Positions 1-7,522 of a stretch of DNA of 34,626 nucleotides are shown here, piece after piece; the first letter of the stretch is position 1, and each line of letters opens with the position of its first letter. The position numbers were made by a program, and so were the translations under genes. The stretch is from a virus (taxonomy: Duplodnaviria; Caudoviricetes). Where the stretch lies: positions 1-34,626 of the IMG/VR virus record IMGVR_UViG_3300032254_000023, one strand, 5' to 3'. The notes beneath the pieces are model-generated. The model ran no database searches and was not told the origin of the DNA. It saw only the letters and a list, made by a program, of their open reading frames with translations.

Positions 1-127
1 GGCTTTGCGGGCATGTTTGAGTATGCCAACCTTGCCCCGAAAGCTGCGGCGCGCGGCTGGCCGACGATGGGTGATTACGTGCTTGTAATCGGGCCGCATG
101 TGAAAGCGCGGTTTAACAATGGGCTGG
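1..127. repeat. Terminal direct repeat, left copy (circular assembly overlap)
   Basis: 1-127 is identical to 34500-34626; 127 is a common assembler k-mer; an ORF reads through the join in frame. Confidence 0.95.
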
Positions 128-216
128 ATTTGAATGTAGGATTTATCCCGCTTTACACCGGCAAAACTTCGGGGGTTTTTACGCTCTCGATCAGCATCCC
201 GATAGGAGGGAAATGA
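1..216 (+). CDS. C-terminal part of PagP-like outer-membrane beta-barrel (gene starts at 34140 and crosses the circular junction)
   Basis: Frame is continuous with 34140-34499; amphipathic strands LDLNVGFIP and GVFTLSISIPI. Confidence 0.75.
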   Translation, partial: GFAGMFEYANLAPKAAARGWPTMGDYVLVIGPHVKARFNNGLDLNVGFIPLYTGKTSGVFTLSISIPIGGK

Positions 217-375
217 AATGAGGAAGCCGAGCGTGACGCCCTGCAAGCCACCAATGCGGAATTGCTGGAGGCTGGAACCGAATTGCTTGCATCCATTGAT
301 AAGTTAATGCCAAGCGACGGCCCCATTAAAGCCAAAATGCGCGCAGCCATCGACAAAGCGGAGGGCAAACAATGA
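217..375 (+). pseudogene. Start-less reading frame of a small phage protein (ELLEA...RAAIDKAEG type)
   Basis: NEEAERDALQATNAELLEAGTELL...MRAAIDKAEGKQ*; its stop overlaps the next ATG (ATGA 372-375); the RBS-linked ATG at 213 is out of frame. Confidence 0.5.
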
Positions 376-605
376 CCAAAAAAACAATCAGTGTTGAGGC
401 GCGAGATCAGGGCTTCGAGGGATTCAACACGCTGCTAAAAAAAGCAGTAAGCTGGAAGCGCCAAATGATCAAGAAAAGGCTGTTTTCAGCAAAGGCCAAA
501 TGCCCCACATGCGGCAAGGTCGAGATGCACGTCACGTGCAATATAGGCGGAAATAACCACCTGCATTGCCACTGTCAGAATTGCGGAGCGGGGTTTATGG
601 AATGA
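372..605 (+). CDS. Small Zn-ribbon-like hypothetical protein
   Basis: CPTC...HLHCHCQNC motifs; GAGGG RBS; ATGA overlaps at both ends. Confidence 0.75.
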   Translation: MTKKTISVEARDQGFEGFNTLLKKAVSWKRQMIKKRLFSAKAKCPTCGKVEMHVTCNIGGNNHLHCHCQNCGAGFME

Positions 606-730
606 CCCCCGACTACCACCCCGATGAACTGAAATGGTGGGAGGTTATCCTCCTGACCCTGATCGACGTGACCTACGCCGCGTCTATCTTATCCGTGCCG
701 CTAATTTTTGCGGTGATTTACCTCTCTTGA
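602..730 (+). CDS. Small membrane protein, 42 aa (not in ORF track)
   Basis: MTPDYHPDELKWWEVILLTLIDVTYAASILSVPLIFAVIYLS; ATGA-coupled to the upstream gene. Confidence 0.6.
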   Translation: MTPDYHPDELKWWEVILLTLIDVTYAASILSVPLIFAVIYLS

Positions 731-741
731 AAGGAAAGACG

Positions 742-1128
742 ATGAGTGAAGCATTCGAAAAACTGGTGGAAATTGGCGAAGAAGCCTACGACAACATTAA
801 TGATTTTGACGTAAGCGCGGCAGCATTTTCGCGCGCAATAGTCGAGGCGGTGCTGAAAGAGATTGGCTCTAACCCCGCAGAGTTTGGGATTGAACCGAAG
901 GTGAAGCCGTTGGAGTGGTATGCTTTAAGCCAAAATGGCAACTGTAAGGCACTCACCATTATTGGCGATTACTTTATATCGGACGAGTATGAAGAGGGTT
1001 GGAAGGTCTGGACGCCACCCACAAGCGCCGACCATGAGCCTGATATTGGCTGCTATCCCATGCTTGAAGCTGCTAAAGCCGCCGCTCAAGCCCATTACGA
1101 AAAGCTGATTAAATCAGCGCTTGAATAA
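742..1128 (+). CDS. Hypothetical phage early protein
   Basis: AAAGGAAAGAC RBS before ATG 742; VKPLEW...LEAAKAAAQAHYE motif typical of small phage proteins. Confidence 0.75.
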   Translation: MSEAFEKLVEIGEEAYDNINDFDVSAAAFSRAIVEAVLKEIGSNPAEFGIEPKVKPLEWYALSQNGNCKALTIIGDYFISDEYEEGWKVWTPPTSADHEPDIGCYPMLEAAKAAAQAHYEKLIKSALE

Positions 1129-1194
1129 GCCTTCCGGTGATAGGCCACGCGGCCTTGATCCCGAGTGCTTTGCTCGATAACGAAAGGAAAGACT

Positions 1195-1944
1195 ATGAAA
1201 ACCATCCTGATTGCAACCGCCCTTATCGGCCTCGCCATGCCTGCATTTGCCGGTTCTGTGGTAAACTATGAGCCACCAACACCGCCAACCGTAGTGCCGC
1301 CAGCGCCAACCGCGCCCTTCGTGCCGCTTAGCCCTTTTGCCGGGGCTTATATCGGTGTTCACGCTGGCGCTGCCGCCATGCAGCAAATCACGGAATACTC
1401 GAAAGATGTTTTCGGCACCCGCGATGTGACCGAATGCTGGAAATTCTGGCAAAACGATTGGTATACCCAGCTTGACGAGCGCTATTGCTCTGGCGGATTC
1501 GAGGGCATGAACCAGCACTATTTCAACAACGCCCAGGAGCGTGTGGTTGGCAGTGAAGAATACTTTATCGGGACCGAGACTTGGGAGGAAACGGAGTCCG
1601 ACACCTTCCTGATCTATGGCGCTCAAGCTGGCTACCTGTGGGATTTGGGCAGCGTGTTGGTTGGCGGCGAGGCCAGCTATTCGGTATATGACAGCGACAC
1701 CTTCCCGATCACCGGTGTGGCCACTGTGAAGGCCCGCGCTGGCCTCGATATGGGCCGCGTTAGCCCCTATGCCCACGTTGGTTATTCATGGGCCTCTGGT
1801 GTGGCCGACGAAGGTATGAGCTACGGCGCAGGCCTTGATTGGGCGCTGAATAGCCGCATGATCATCGGGGCTGAATACACGCACTATGCCTTTGCTGATT
1901 ACGCGCATGACGCGGCAGTGCTTCGCGTGTCTTACAGCTTTTAA
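1195..1944 (+). CDS. Outer-membrane beta-barrel protein (Omp25/RopB/OmpA-TM-like) with a large loop insertion
   Basis: Signal peptide MKTILIATALIGLAMPAFA; Pro-rich linker; GAYIGVHAG, YGAQAGY, YGAGLDW and IGAEYTH strands; C-terminal VSYSF beta-signal. Confidence 0.88.
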   Translation: MKTILIATALIGLAMPAFAGSVVNYEPPTPPTVVPPAPTAPFVPLSPFAGAYIGVHAGAAAMQQITEYSKDVFGTRDVTECWKFWQNDWYTQLDERYCSGGFEGMNQHYFNNAQERVVGSEEYFIGTETWEETESDTFLIYGAQAGYLWDLGSVLVGGEASYSVYDSDTFPITGVATVKARAGLDMGRVSPYAHVGYSWASGVADEGMSYGAGLDWALNSRMIIGAEYTHYAFADYAHDAAVLRVSYSF

Positions 1945-1951
1945 CCCAACC

Positions 1952-1979
1952 GCCCGCTGCTTAGGTGGCGGGCATATTT
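1952..1979 (+). terminator. Hairpin / weak terminator after the OMP gene
   Basis: GCCCGCTGC-TTAG-GTGGCGGGC followed by ATATTT (poor U tract). Confidence 0.45.
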
Positions 1980-1992
1980 AGGAGAGAGAGCA

Positions 1993-2199
1993 ATGAAATT
2001 CCTCTTATTTTTAACCCTAATAAACCCACAAACAGCCGAGCCAATTTACCATCCCGACTTTGCCGAAAGTGCGGGCTGGTTCTTATCCTACGACGACTGC
2101 ATGGACTCCGGCGCAAACCAAGCCTTCGCGATTGAGCGGGCCTTGGAATACGCCATCTACGTGCTGGTTGAGTGCGTGGAAGAAGAAGGAGAAGCGTGA
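1993..2199 (+). CDS. Hypothetical protein with hydrophobic N-terminus
   Basis: AGGAGAG RBS; MKFLLFLTLIN start; two Cys. Confidence 0.7.
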   Translation: MKFLLFLTLINPQTAEPIYHPDFAESAGWFLSYDDCMDSGANQAFAIERALEYAIYVLVECVEEEGEA

Positions 2200-2321
2200 T
2201 GAAAAACGATGAAACCTGCCGCCTCGCCTTGTTTGTGGGCATTGTGCTTGGGTTCGCTGCTTGCGGGCTGACTTATGCTGTATACGGGCCAGCTATGCCC
2301 GTTTGTGAAAGGATGGAATGA
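2199..2321 (+). CDS. Small single-TM protein, 40 aa (not in ORF track)
   Basis: MKNDETCRLALFVGIVLGFAACGLTYAVYGPAMPVCERME; AGGAG RBS; overlaps both neighbours. Confidence 0.6.
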   Translation: MKNDETCRLALFVGIVLGFAACGLTYAVYGPAMPVCERME

Positions 2322-2491
2322 TGGAGATTGGACACATAATCAGGCTGATCTATGTTATGCAAATAACGATTATCAGCATGTTTTTTGGGGCGGCTGCATA
2401 CTCTTCTGCATGGGTAGTGGCAAGCATCCTTGCGGTCGCATGGTTTTTCCATGTGATGAAGATTATTTTTGACAAGGAGAAAGAACAATGA
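2318..2491 (+). CDS. Small two-TM membrane protein, 57 aa (not in ORF track)
   Basis: MMEIGHIIRLIYVMQITIISMFFGAAAYSSAWVVASILAVAWFFHVMKIIFDKEKEQ; ATGA overlaps at both ends. Confidence 0.6.
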   Translation: MMEIGHIIRLIYVMQITIISMFFGAAAYSSAWVVASILAVAWFFHVMKIIFDKEKEQ

Positions 2492-2784
2492 ACCTACCAG
2501 CAAAAACCGAAGCCAAGCTGGTTGAGACTGTGGCTAAAACTTTATTCAATGACTGGGTTAAACCACCAAAAGGTTACGGTAAATTACTTTGGCAGGACGA
2601 GCCAATCACAATGAAGAACATTTGGATGCGGAGGGCAGAATCCGCTCTAGCCGTGGCCGTTCCCGTCATTCGGAATGCGGTGTTGGAGGAAGCGGCGATG
2701 GAATTTGTTCTGGAGTGGGGAAGCGATACCAGCTACTCTGCCGCTGCATTTATCCGCGCCATGAAAACCGAAGGGAGTGAGTGA
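2488..2784 (+). CDS. Hypothetical phage protein
   Basis: AAGGAG RBS; RNAVLEEAA...AAFIRAMK motif common in small phage proteins. Confidence 0.75.
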   Translation: MNLPAKTEAKLVETVAKTLFNDWVKPPKGYGKLLWQDEPITMKNIWMRRAESALAVAVPVIRNAVLEEAAMEFVLEWGSDTSYSAAAFIRAMKTEGSE

Positions 2785-3047
2785 TGAAACAGTCAGAAAT
2801 AGATAGAGCGCTGGTATTGGTGTATCGGAGTAATAACGCTCATGATTATACAAACTGGACTAAGCCATGCGACGCAATGGACAAGCTGCCAATGATTGGC
2901 CTAGAAGAATATGCCCGCTCTTTAGAGGTGCTGCGCAATGACGTTCTTGAAGAGATCGAGCGCCGTAAAGCAATCGGGCAGGTTAAATTTTCGGTAGACT
3001 GGTATGCTGAATTAGAGGCGCGTCGGGCAAAATCAGGAAGCCGCTAA
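2781..3047 (+). CDS. Hypothetical protein
   Basis: 88-aa ORF, GTGA-coupled, GGGAG RBS. Confidence 0.65.
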   Translation: MMKQSEIDRALVLVYRSNNAHDYTNWTKPCDAMDKLPMIGLEEYARSLEVLRNDVLEEIERRKAIGQVKFSVDWYAELEARRAKSGSR

Positions 3048-3099
3048 CACCCGCCCGCTAATTCATTGTGACCACTAACTTAACTAAAGGAGAAAGAAC

Positions 3100-3294
3100 A
3101 TGAACATTGACAAACTGCAAAAAGCCTTAGCAATTTTCAACAAAGACGGAAAGTCCGGCGAGATATATGGCTATCACGATGTTGTTGAAATCTACCCGAT
3201 GACAGATTCATTCACGAAAGAAGAAGTTGCGCAAATCGAATCCCTCGGGTTTATGCCTACAGACTGCGAGGATGGGTGGCAGTGCTTCACCTAG
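3100..3294 (+). CDS. Hypothetical protein
   Basis: AAAGGAG RBS; 64 aa; stop overlaps the convergent o-spanin stop (CTAG 3291-3294). Confidence 0.7.
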   Translation: MNIDKLQKALAIFNKDGKSGEIYGYHDVVEIYPMTDSFTKEEVAQIESLGFMPTDCEDGWQCFT

Positions 3295-3476
3295 CACCCG
3301 CCAGCTAGTTCATTATAGACGTTGAGCGCGACCATAAAATTGCGCTCACCGTTATCCAGCAACCATTGCGCCGAGGTCCGTTCCTCAAGACAAAGCGGCT
3401 CGGCGAGGTCGTTGAAATCACCTACGCTTGCGCACGCTGCCAGAAATAAGCTCATCGTCAGACTTAGCTTCAACAT
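3291..3476 (-). CDS. o-spanin (Rz1-like lipoprotein)
   Basis: MLKLSLTMSLFLAAC lipobox; overlaps the 3' end of the i-spanin in another frame; last gene of the lysis cassette. Confidence 0.7.
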   Translation of the reverse strand: MLKLSLTMSLFLAACASVGDFNDLAEPLCLEERTSAQWLLDNGERNFMVALNVYNELAGGC

Positions 3477-3648
3477 CTTTCTCAATCTCCTTTTTGCGTT
3501 TAAGCGCGTCAAATCGCTCTTCAGTTCGCTTGGCCCGTTCAGCCTTTTTGCCGGACCGCCGCGCCAAGCCTAGTGCGGCCAGCACGACCAGCACAAGCGC
3601 CACAATCTTGCCAGCACCGGATTTCATGAAGGCCCATACCGCAATCAC
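3418..3648 (-). CDS. i-spanin (Rz-like)
   Basis: GTG start coupled to the upstream stop; N-terminal TM IVALVLVVLAALGLA followed by a charged helix. Confidence 0.7.
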   Translation of the reverse strand: MIAVWAFMKSGAGKIVALVLVVLAALGLARRSGKKAERAKRTEERFDALKRKKEIEKDVEAKSDDELISGSVRKRR

Positions 3649-3887
3649 GGCAAAGCCTCCCTTTTGATTATCGCGCACAGAGGGATATACATAACCCCGC
3701 AAGCCTGTTGGTCATCGCCGGTTGAGATATGCGGCGCAATAACAATGTGGTCATCATGCTCTTTCAGGAGATACCCGACAGAAACCATTTCGCAGACACC
3801 TTCGTTAATGTCTTCAACGCGCGACCATGACGAAGTAGCCCCTCTGCTATCCATCCACCATACCTTTACCAGATCACGCTCTTTCAC
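3645..3887 (-). CDS. Small beta-rich hypothetical protein inside the lysis cassette
   Basis: LVKVWWMDS...CEMVSVGYL...IPLCAI pattern recurrent in phages; GTGA-coupled on both sides. Confidence 0.7.
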   Translation of the reverse strand: MKERDLVKVWWMDSRGATSSWSRVEDINEGVCEMVSVGYLLKEHDDHIVIAPHISTGDDQQACGVMYIPLCAIIKREALP

Positions 3888-4078
3888 GGTAAAGCCCCCC
3901 GCAGCCCAATACCGCCCGCCCCTGCCATGATAAGCGCATAAGGCTCAATACCGCCCGTCACATTGGCCAGAAAGGTAAACAGCCACACGCCATCGGGCAG
4001 CCCCGCGAGGAGAACCCCGACCGCAATCTGTGCGGCGGAAATCCACCATGTCGTTGACCTTGGTTTGAAGTATTTCAT
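3884..4078 (-). CDS. Putative holin, 64 aa
   Basis: MKYFKPRSTTWW start; two hydrophobic segments; GIGLRGA end; ATGA-coupled to the endolysin. Confidence 0.65.
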   Translation of the reverse strand: MKYFKPRSTTWWISAAQIAVGVLLAGLPDGVWLFTFLANVTGGIEPYALIMAGAGGIGLRGALP

Positions 4079-4911
4079 TTTTTCATCCTTCCGCCGATTA
4101 TAATTGCGAGCACCACCAGCGCCGCCACGGCCGCGCCTATGGCCCAAGCGGGCACACCGGCGGCAACCGCCCCGCCAAGGGCGACAGCGCCGCCTGTGGC
4201 GATTACAGCGGGCGCTTTGGTTGATGCGCCAAGGGCAGGCAAACCTACCAGCGCTTTATGCAGCGCCGCCCGAGTATTCTTGCCTGCAACGCCGTCAGTT
4301 GTTAGGGCACGGTCTATCTGAAACTCACGAACCGCGTCAGACTCGTATCCGAGAAGCACAAGCGCCGCTCGAGTATAGCGCGCCTCGCGGTCCTTTAGTC
4401 CGTTATACCCGCCATTGATGCGCTTGGTCACGGAGCGCAAATCGCCAACATCAGCCCATTTGTTCAGGTTACGGGTATCCCAATACCAAATCGGCCCCAA
4501 GCCCTCCCACGGGTCTGTGTTGGCTGCATCAGGGTTGGCAACAAAGTCAGGAGCGCGCTTATCCAGCATCTTTGCCCACGCCGTGAATTGTTCGTAATTG
4601 TCGCGGCCTGTGATCTGGATTGCGGTGCGCCCCGCATATTTCTTGCCATCACCATCTTTTGCAGCAGTGTTGCCAAGGTCGGTGCGGGTGTCATAGCGTT
4701 TCTGCGCAGGGGTCGGCCCCCACAATTCGCGGTCATAGCGGAAATTGGCGCTTTCGTGCATCATCTGCCCCAGATACTGGGCGAGGCGGTGTGGCTTATC
4801 CAAGCCAACTTGGGCACCGAATTTGTTGAGCCCGGCAAGAAAAGACTTCACGTTAGCTGGATCAGCGTTTGGCGAGGCCATTTTCATCAGCTTTTTGGTC
4901 GATAAAATCAC
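4075..4911 (-). CDS. Endolysin, glycoside hydrolase family 19, with PG-binding domain and C-terminal hydrophobic tail
   Basis: QMMHES, DLGN..GDGKKYAGR..IQITGRDNY and TKRINGGYNGL GH19 motifs; VREFQ..LTTDGVAGKNT PG_binding_1-like motif. Confidence 0.9.
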   Translation of the reverse strand: MILSTKKLMKMASPNADPANVKSFLAGLNKFGAQVGLDKPHRLAQYLGQMMHESANFRYDRELWGPTPAQKRYDTRTDLGNTAAKDGDGKKYAGRTAIQITGRDNYEQFTAWAKMLDKRAPDFVANPDAANTDPWEGLGPIWYWDTRNLNKWADVGDLRSVTKRINGGYNGLKDREARYTRAALVLLGYESDAVREFQIDRALTTDGVAGKNTRAALHKALVGLPALGASTKAPAVIATGGAVALGGAVAAGVPAWAIGAAVAALVVLAIIIGGRMKK

Positions 4912-5378
4912 ATTCCGCCCTTTTCTTTTCGAACCACGTTAAACGGATTGCTCGTTGTGCAAATCGCCTTTGCAGGAACAAGCCCCCAAAATATATTACG
5001 AATGCCCCAGCATGTCTCTACCAGATACGCCCCCTCGGGCAGGGCAGAGCAGCGCGCGTCGCTCGGCGCCCACCACGACAAAGTAAGCGGCGCTGGATAA
5101 ACAGCATCCGGCTTATAGGTGAACGGCCCGCCGCTGGCATCGCAAACCACCTGCTGGTTTCGAATATTTCGAACAACAACCGAGTATGCGCCGGTAAATT
5201 CGCGCTTTGCGCCACCATCATAATCAATAATAACAGGCGCGTATTCATTCGCATCTGGGATTATCATCGTGCCAGCATCATACCAATACGACGCTGGCGT
5301 GAGCGAGGCCATCAGATACGCCAATGGCAGCGCATAGAGCACTGACCACCAGCCAAATTTTCCCGCCCTTCGCATCAT
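4908..5378 (-). CDS. Membrane-anchored hypothetical protein next to the lysis genes
   Basis: N-terminal TM segment, then a beta-rich domain with four Cys. Confidence 0.7.
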   Translation of the reverse strand: MMRRAGKFGWWSVLYALPLAYLMASLTPASYWYDAGTMIIPDANEYAPVIIDYDGGAKREFTGAYSVVVRNIRNQQVVCDASGGPFTYKPDAVYPAPLTLSWWAPSDARCSALPEGAYLVETCWGIRNIFWGLVPAKAICTTSNPFNVVRKEKGGM

Positions 5379-5614
5379 AATCCGCTCCTGAATTTACTGA
5401 TTATAGCATCCCAATTTGCCCACAAGGTAGCTAAGCCAACTATCCCAAGGAAAAGATACTTCCCAAACCAGCCCAGCGCCTGCAACCGCTTCATAAACCT
5501 AATGATGCTTTGAAGTATTTTAACCTCTTCATCATCGAAAATATGCGGGGTTTTGCCATCGCTATCGGCAAGCGCTACCTTTAGCTTTTCGATTATATCA
5601 TCGGGGTTCGTCAT
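5375..5614 (-). CDS. Single-TM protein (holin/antiholin-like)
   Basis: GAGGA RBS; C-terminal TM YLFLGIVGLATLWA; first gene of the lysis region. Confidence 0.6.
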   Translation of the reverse strand: MTNPDDIIEKLKVALADSDGKTPHIFDDEEVKILQSIIRFMKRLQALGWFGKYLFLGIVGLATLWANWDAIISKFRSGL

Positions 5615-5623
5615 TCTATTTCC

Positions 5624-6415
5624 TCACCACGCGGCAATTCCGCCCGCAATTCGCGCAGCGTTCTTAACTAGAGCAAGCTCGTCATTGCTCAGTATTCTGT
5701 TTATATAAAAATGATAGTAGACTTTTGACCCTGCAAGCTGGGTGGCTGACACAGGTCCGCAGTTTATCGTGGTGTCTGCCGCAGTTGCGGTTGACCCAAG
5801 CCAGTTTGATGCGCTTGTTATTTCGGCGTCATTGTTTATTTGGAGAGATAGATTGCCGGGGGATTCCTCTAATTTTTTAGTAAATACATAAGGCGTCCCC
5901 GGCGAAATTCCAGTGGCGTAACTGGTTACGGTCACCGCTATTCCATCCGTGCTGAATCTAGAGAGGCCCCTTGTTAAATCGGTAACATTTGCTTGGAATC
6001 GCGAATAATCGTTACCACTTGCAGTTGCCCTAAGCCCGCAAAATGTAGCATTTTCCGTTACGCCCGTATCAAAGCAAACAACCTCTGTGTGGTTTGCCGA
6101 GAGAACCAGCGTAGAGTTCAGCCCCTGTAGCAAACTTGTAGAGCCATTAAATTCAATATACTTAAGCCCGCCGGAAGCTCTCAACGTGGCGCGCGCAGCA
6201 TCGCTTGCTGAACTGACGTGCCTGTCTGAAAATTGGTCATAGAACCAACGCACAGGGCCATTGACCACCGCCGGAGTGGATGCGCCCGAATCTGAGAATA
6301 TGAGACTGGATCGCGGGTCACGAAGAAATCCGTCATCGCCAGGATTAAATAGTGCTAGCACAGGGTTGCCACCACCGCCACCGGATAGCGATAAACCAAG
6401 TCCTAAACCTGTCAT
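5624..6415 (-). CDS. Virion fibre/spike protein with LamG/ConA-like domain
   Basis: MTGLGLGLSLSGGGG N-terminus; GPVRWFYDQ, YIEFNG and INRILSNDE LamG-like motifs; AGGAGG RBS. Confidence 0.7.
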   Translation of the reverse strand: MTGLGLGLSLSGGGGGNPVLALFNPGDDGFLRDPRSSLIFSDSGASTPAVVNGPVRWFYDQFSDRHVSSASDAARATLRASGGLKYIEFNGSTSLLQGLNSTLVLSANHTEVVCFDTGVTENATFCGLRATASGNDYSRFQANVTDLTRGLSRFSTDGIAVTVTSYATGISPGTPYVFTKKLEESPGNLSLQINNDAEITSASNWLGSTATAADTTINCGPVSATQLAGSKVYYHFYINRILSNDELALVKNAARIAGGIAAW

Positions 6416-6461
6416 GCTGGCCTCCTATGCTAGTTTTTCAACGTGAAATGCAATAGACATG

Positions 6462-7484
6462 TTATCCCACCTTTTTGAAAATTACCGATGCGTATACTTC
6501 AACTTCGCCGGAAGTCATAGGCATCCCCATTTCGGCGCTTGAATCGTTTGTGTAAACCTCAACCCTAAACACTTTGGTAGCAGCAATTGTTATTTTACCC
6601 TCAAACGGTAGGTTGGGGGAAGTCGTCAGGCTATCGCCAGCATATCCCGGACCATTATTTCCGCCACCGACAATCGCTGTAGCAGAGTCAGTAACATTAT
6701 ACAGCCTAGACTTAAGACGATAAACGCCGGAATTAAACGATCCTCCAGCTTGCGCCCAACCGCTAACTTCATATGTGCCTGCGGGCAAAGTAACCAAATA
6801 AGTTGTTAGTGAAGCACCAGAAATCTCGTTCGTCAGCACCGTATTGAGCTGGTGAGTATTTAGCCAGCCAACAACCGTAGTAGCACCAGCCGTTCCTGAA
6901 ACCTGATGATTAACAACGTGCAGTATTTGATTTGAGGCGCCAATCGCCTGCTTCGTTTTGAGCGCAGTCATCATGGCCTGATCATCAGTTCCAGCCTCGG
7001 CCTCGGCCTGTGTGGCCAATTCGGCAATGCCCGCTACCGTTTCTGTCGCGGCAACCTCGTCACCGGTATTTGTGCCTGTATTCGAGGCTTCGAGGGCTAC
7101 AGCTTTTGCGTCAACGCTTTCAATCGCCGCCTGAACGTCGCTTTCTGGAACTGAAGTTGTAGGGCTGAATGAAACATTTGCAGCGCCGGTATTCGTGGAG
7201 CTTTCAGGAAACACAGGGTCAACCGGAAAGCCATCAAGTGATGCTCCTGCGCTGTCTGTTACATTAACCTTAATGCCAGCCGCGCCCAAAACATACAGTT
7301 CAGCAAACGTGCCGCCACCGTCAGCAACCAAAGGCGTAGGGTGCGCCGTTCCTGCGCCGCTATCTGTGTAAGCAGTAACAGGCGTTGAAGTGCCGCTTTC
7401 ATACAAATACACTTTAGCACCTGCAACACCATCGCCGCTTGCGTCTAATGCCCGTAGCGGGATTTTGAATAGTCTGTCTGCCAT
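6462..7484 (-). CDS. Tail fibre/tailspike
   Basis: N-terminal attachment-like domain GAKVYLYESGTSTPVTAYTD; ATETVAGIAELATQAE fibre repeat; TLPAGTYEV C-terminal beta-sandwich. Confidence 0.8.
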   Translation of the reverse strand: MADRLFKIPLRALDASGDGVAGAKVYLYESGTSTPVTAYTDSGAGTAHPTPLVADGGGTFAELYVLGAAGIKVNVTDSAGASLDGFPVDPVFPESSTNTGAANVSFSPTTSVPESDVQAAIESVDAKAVALEASNTGTNTGDEVAATETVAGIAELATQAEAEAGTDDQAMMTALKTKQAIGASNQILHVVNHQVSGTAGATTVVGWLNTHQLNTVLTNEISGASLTTYLVTLPAGTYEVSGWAQAGGSFNSGVYRLKSRLYNVTDSATAIVGGGNNGPGYAGDSLTTSPNLPFEGKITIAATKVFRVEVYTNDSSAEMGMPMTSGEVEVYASVIFKKVG

Positions 7485-7522
7485 TTTGTCACCTTATACC
7501 TTCTATAAATAACTTCAATTGG

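Noticed and set aside
634-741. N-terminal extension of ORF 634-1128
   Set aside because: The RBS supports ATG 742, and the region is better explained by the coupled 602-730 membrane peptide
2275-2472. Cys-rich 65-aa ORF from the track
   Set aside because: No RBS; two coupled membrane-protein ORFs in other frames tile the region exactly
1950-3058. CCGCCCG motif recurring after stop codons (1950, 3050, also 26634)
   Set aside because: Short, GC-rich and in different structural contexts; cannot be distinguished from chance by eye
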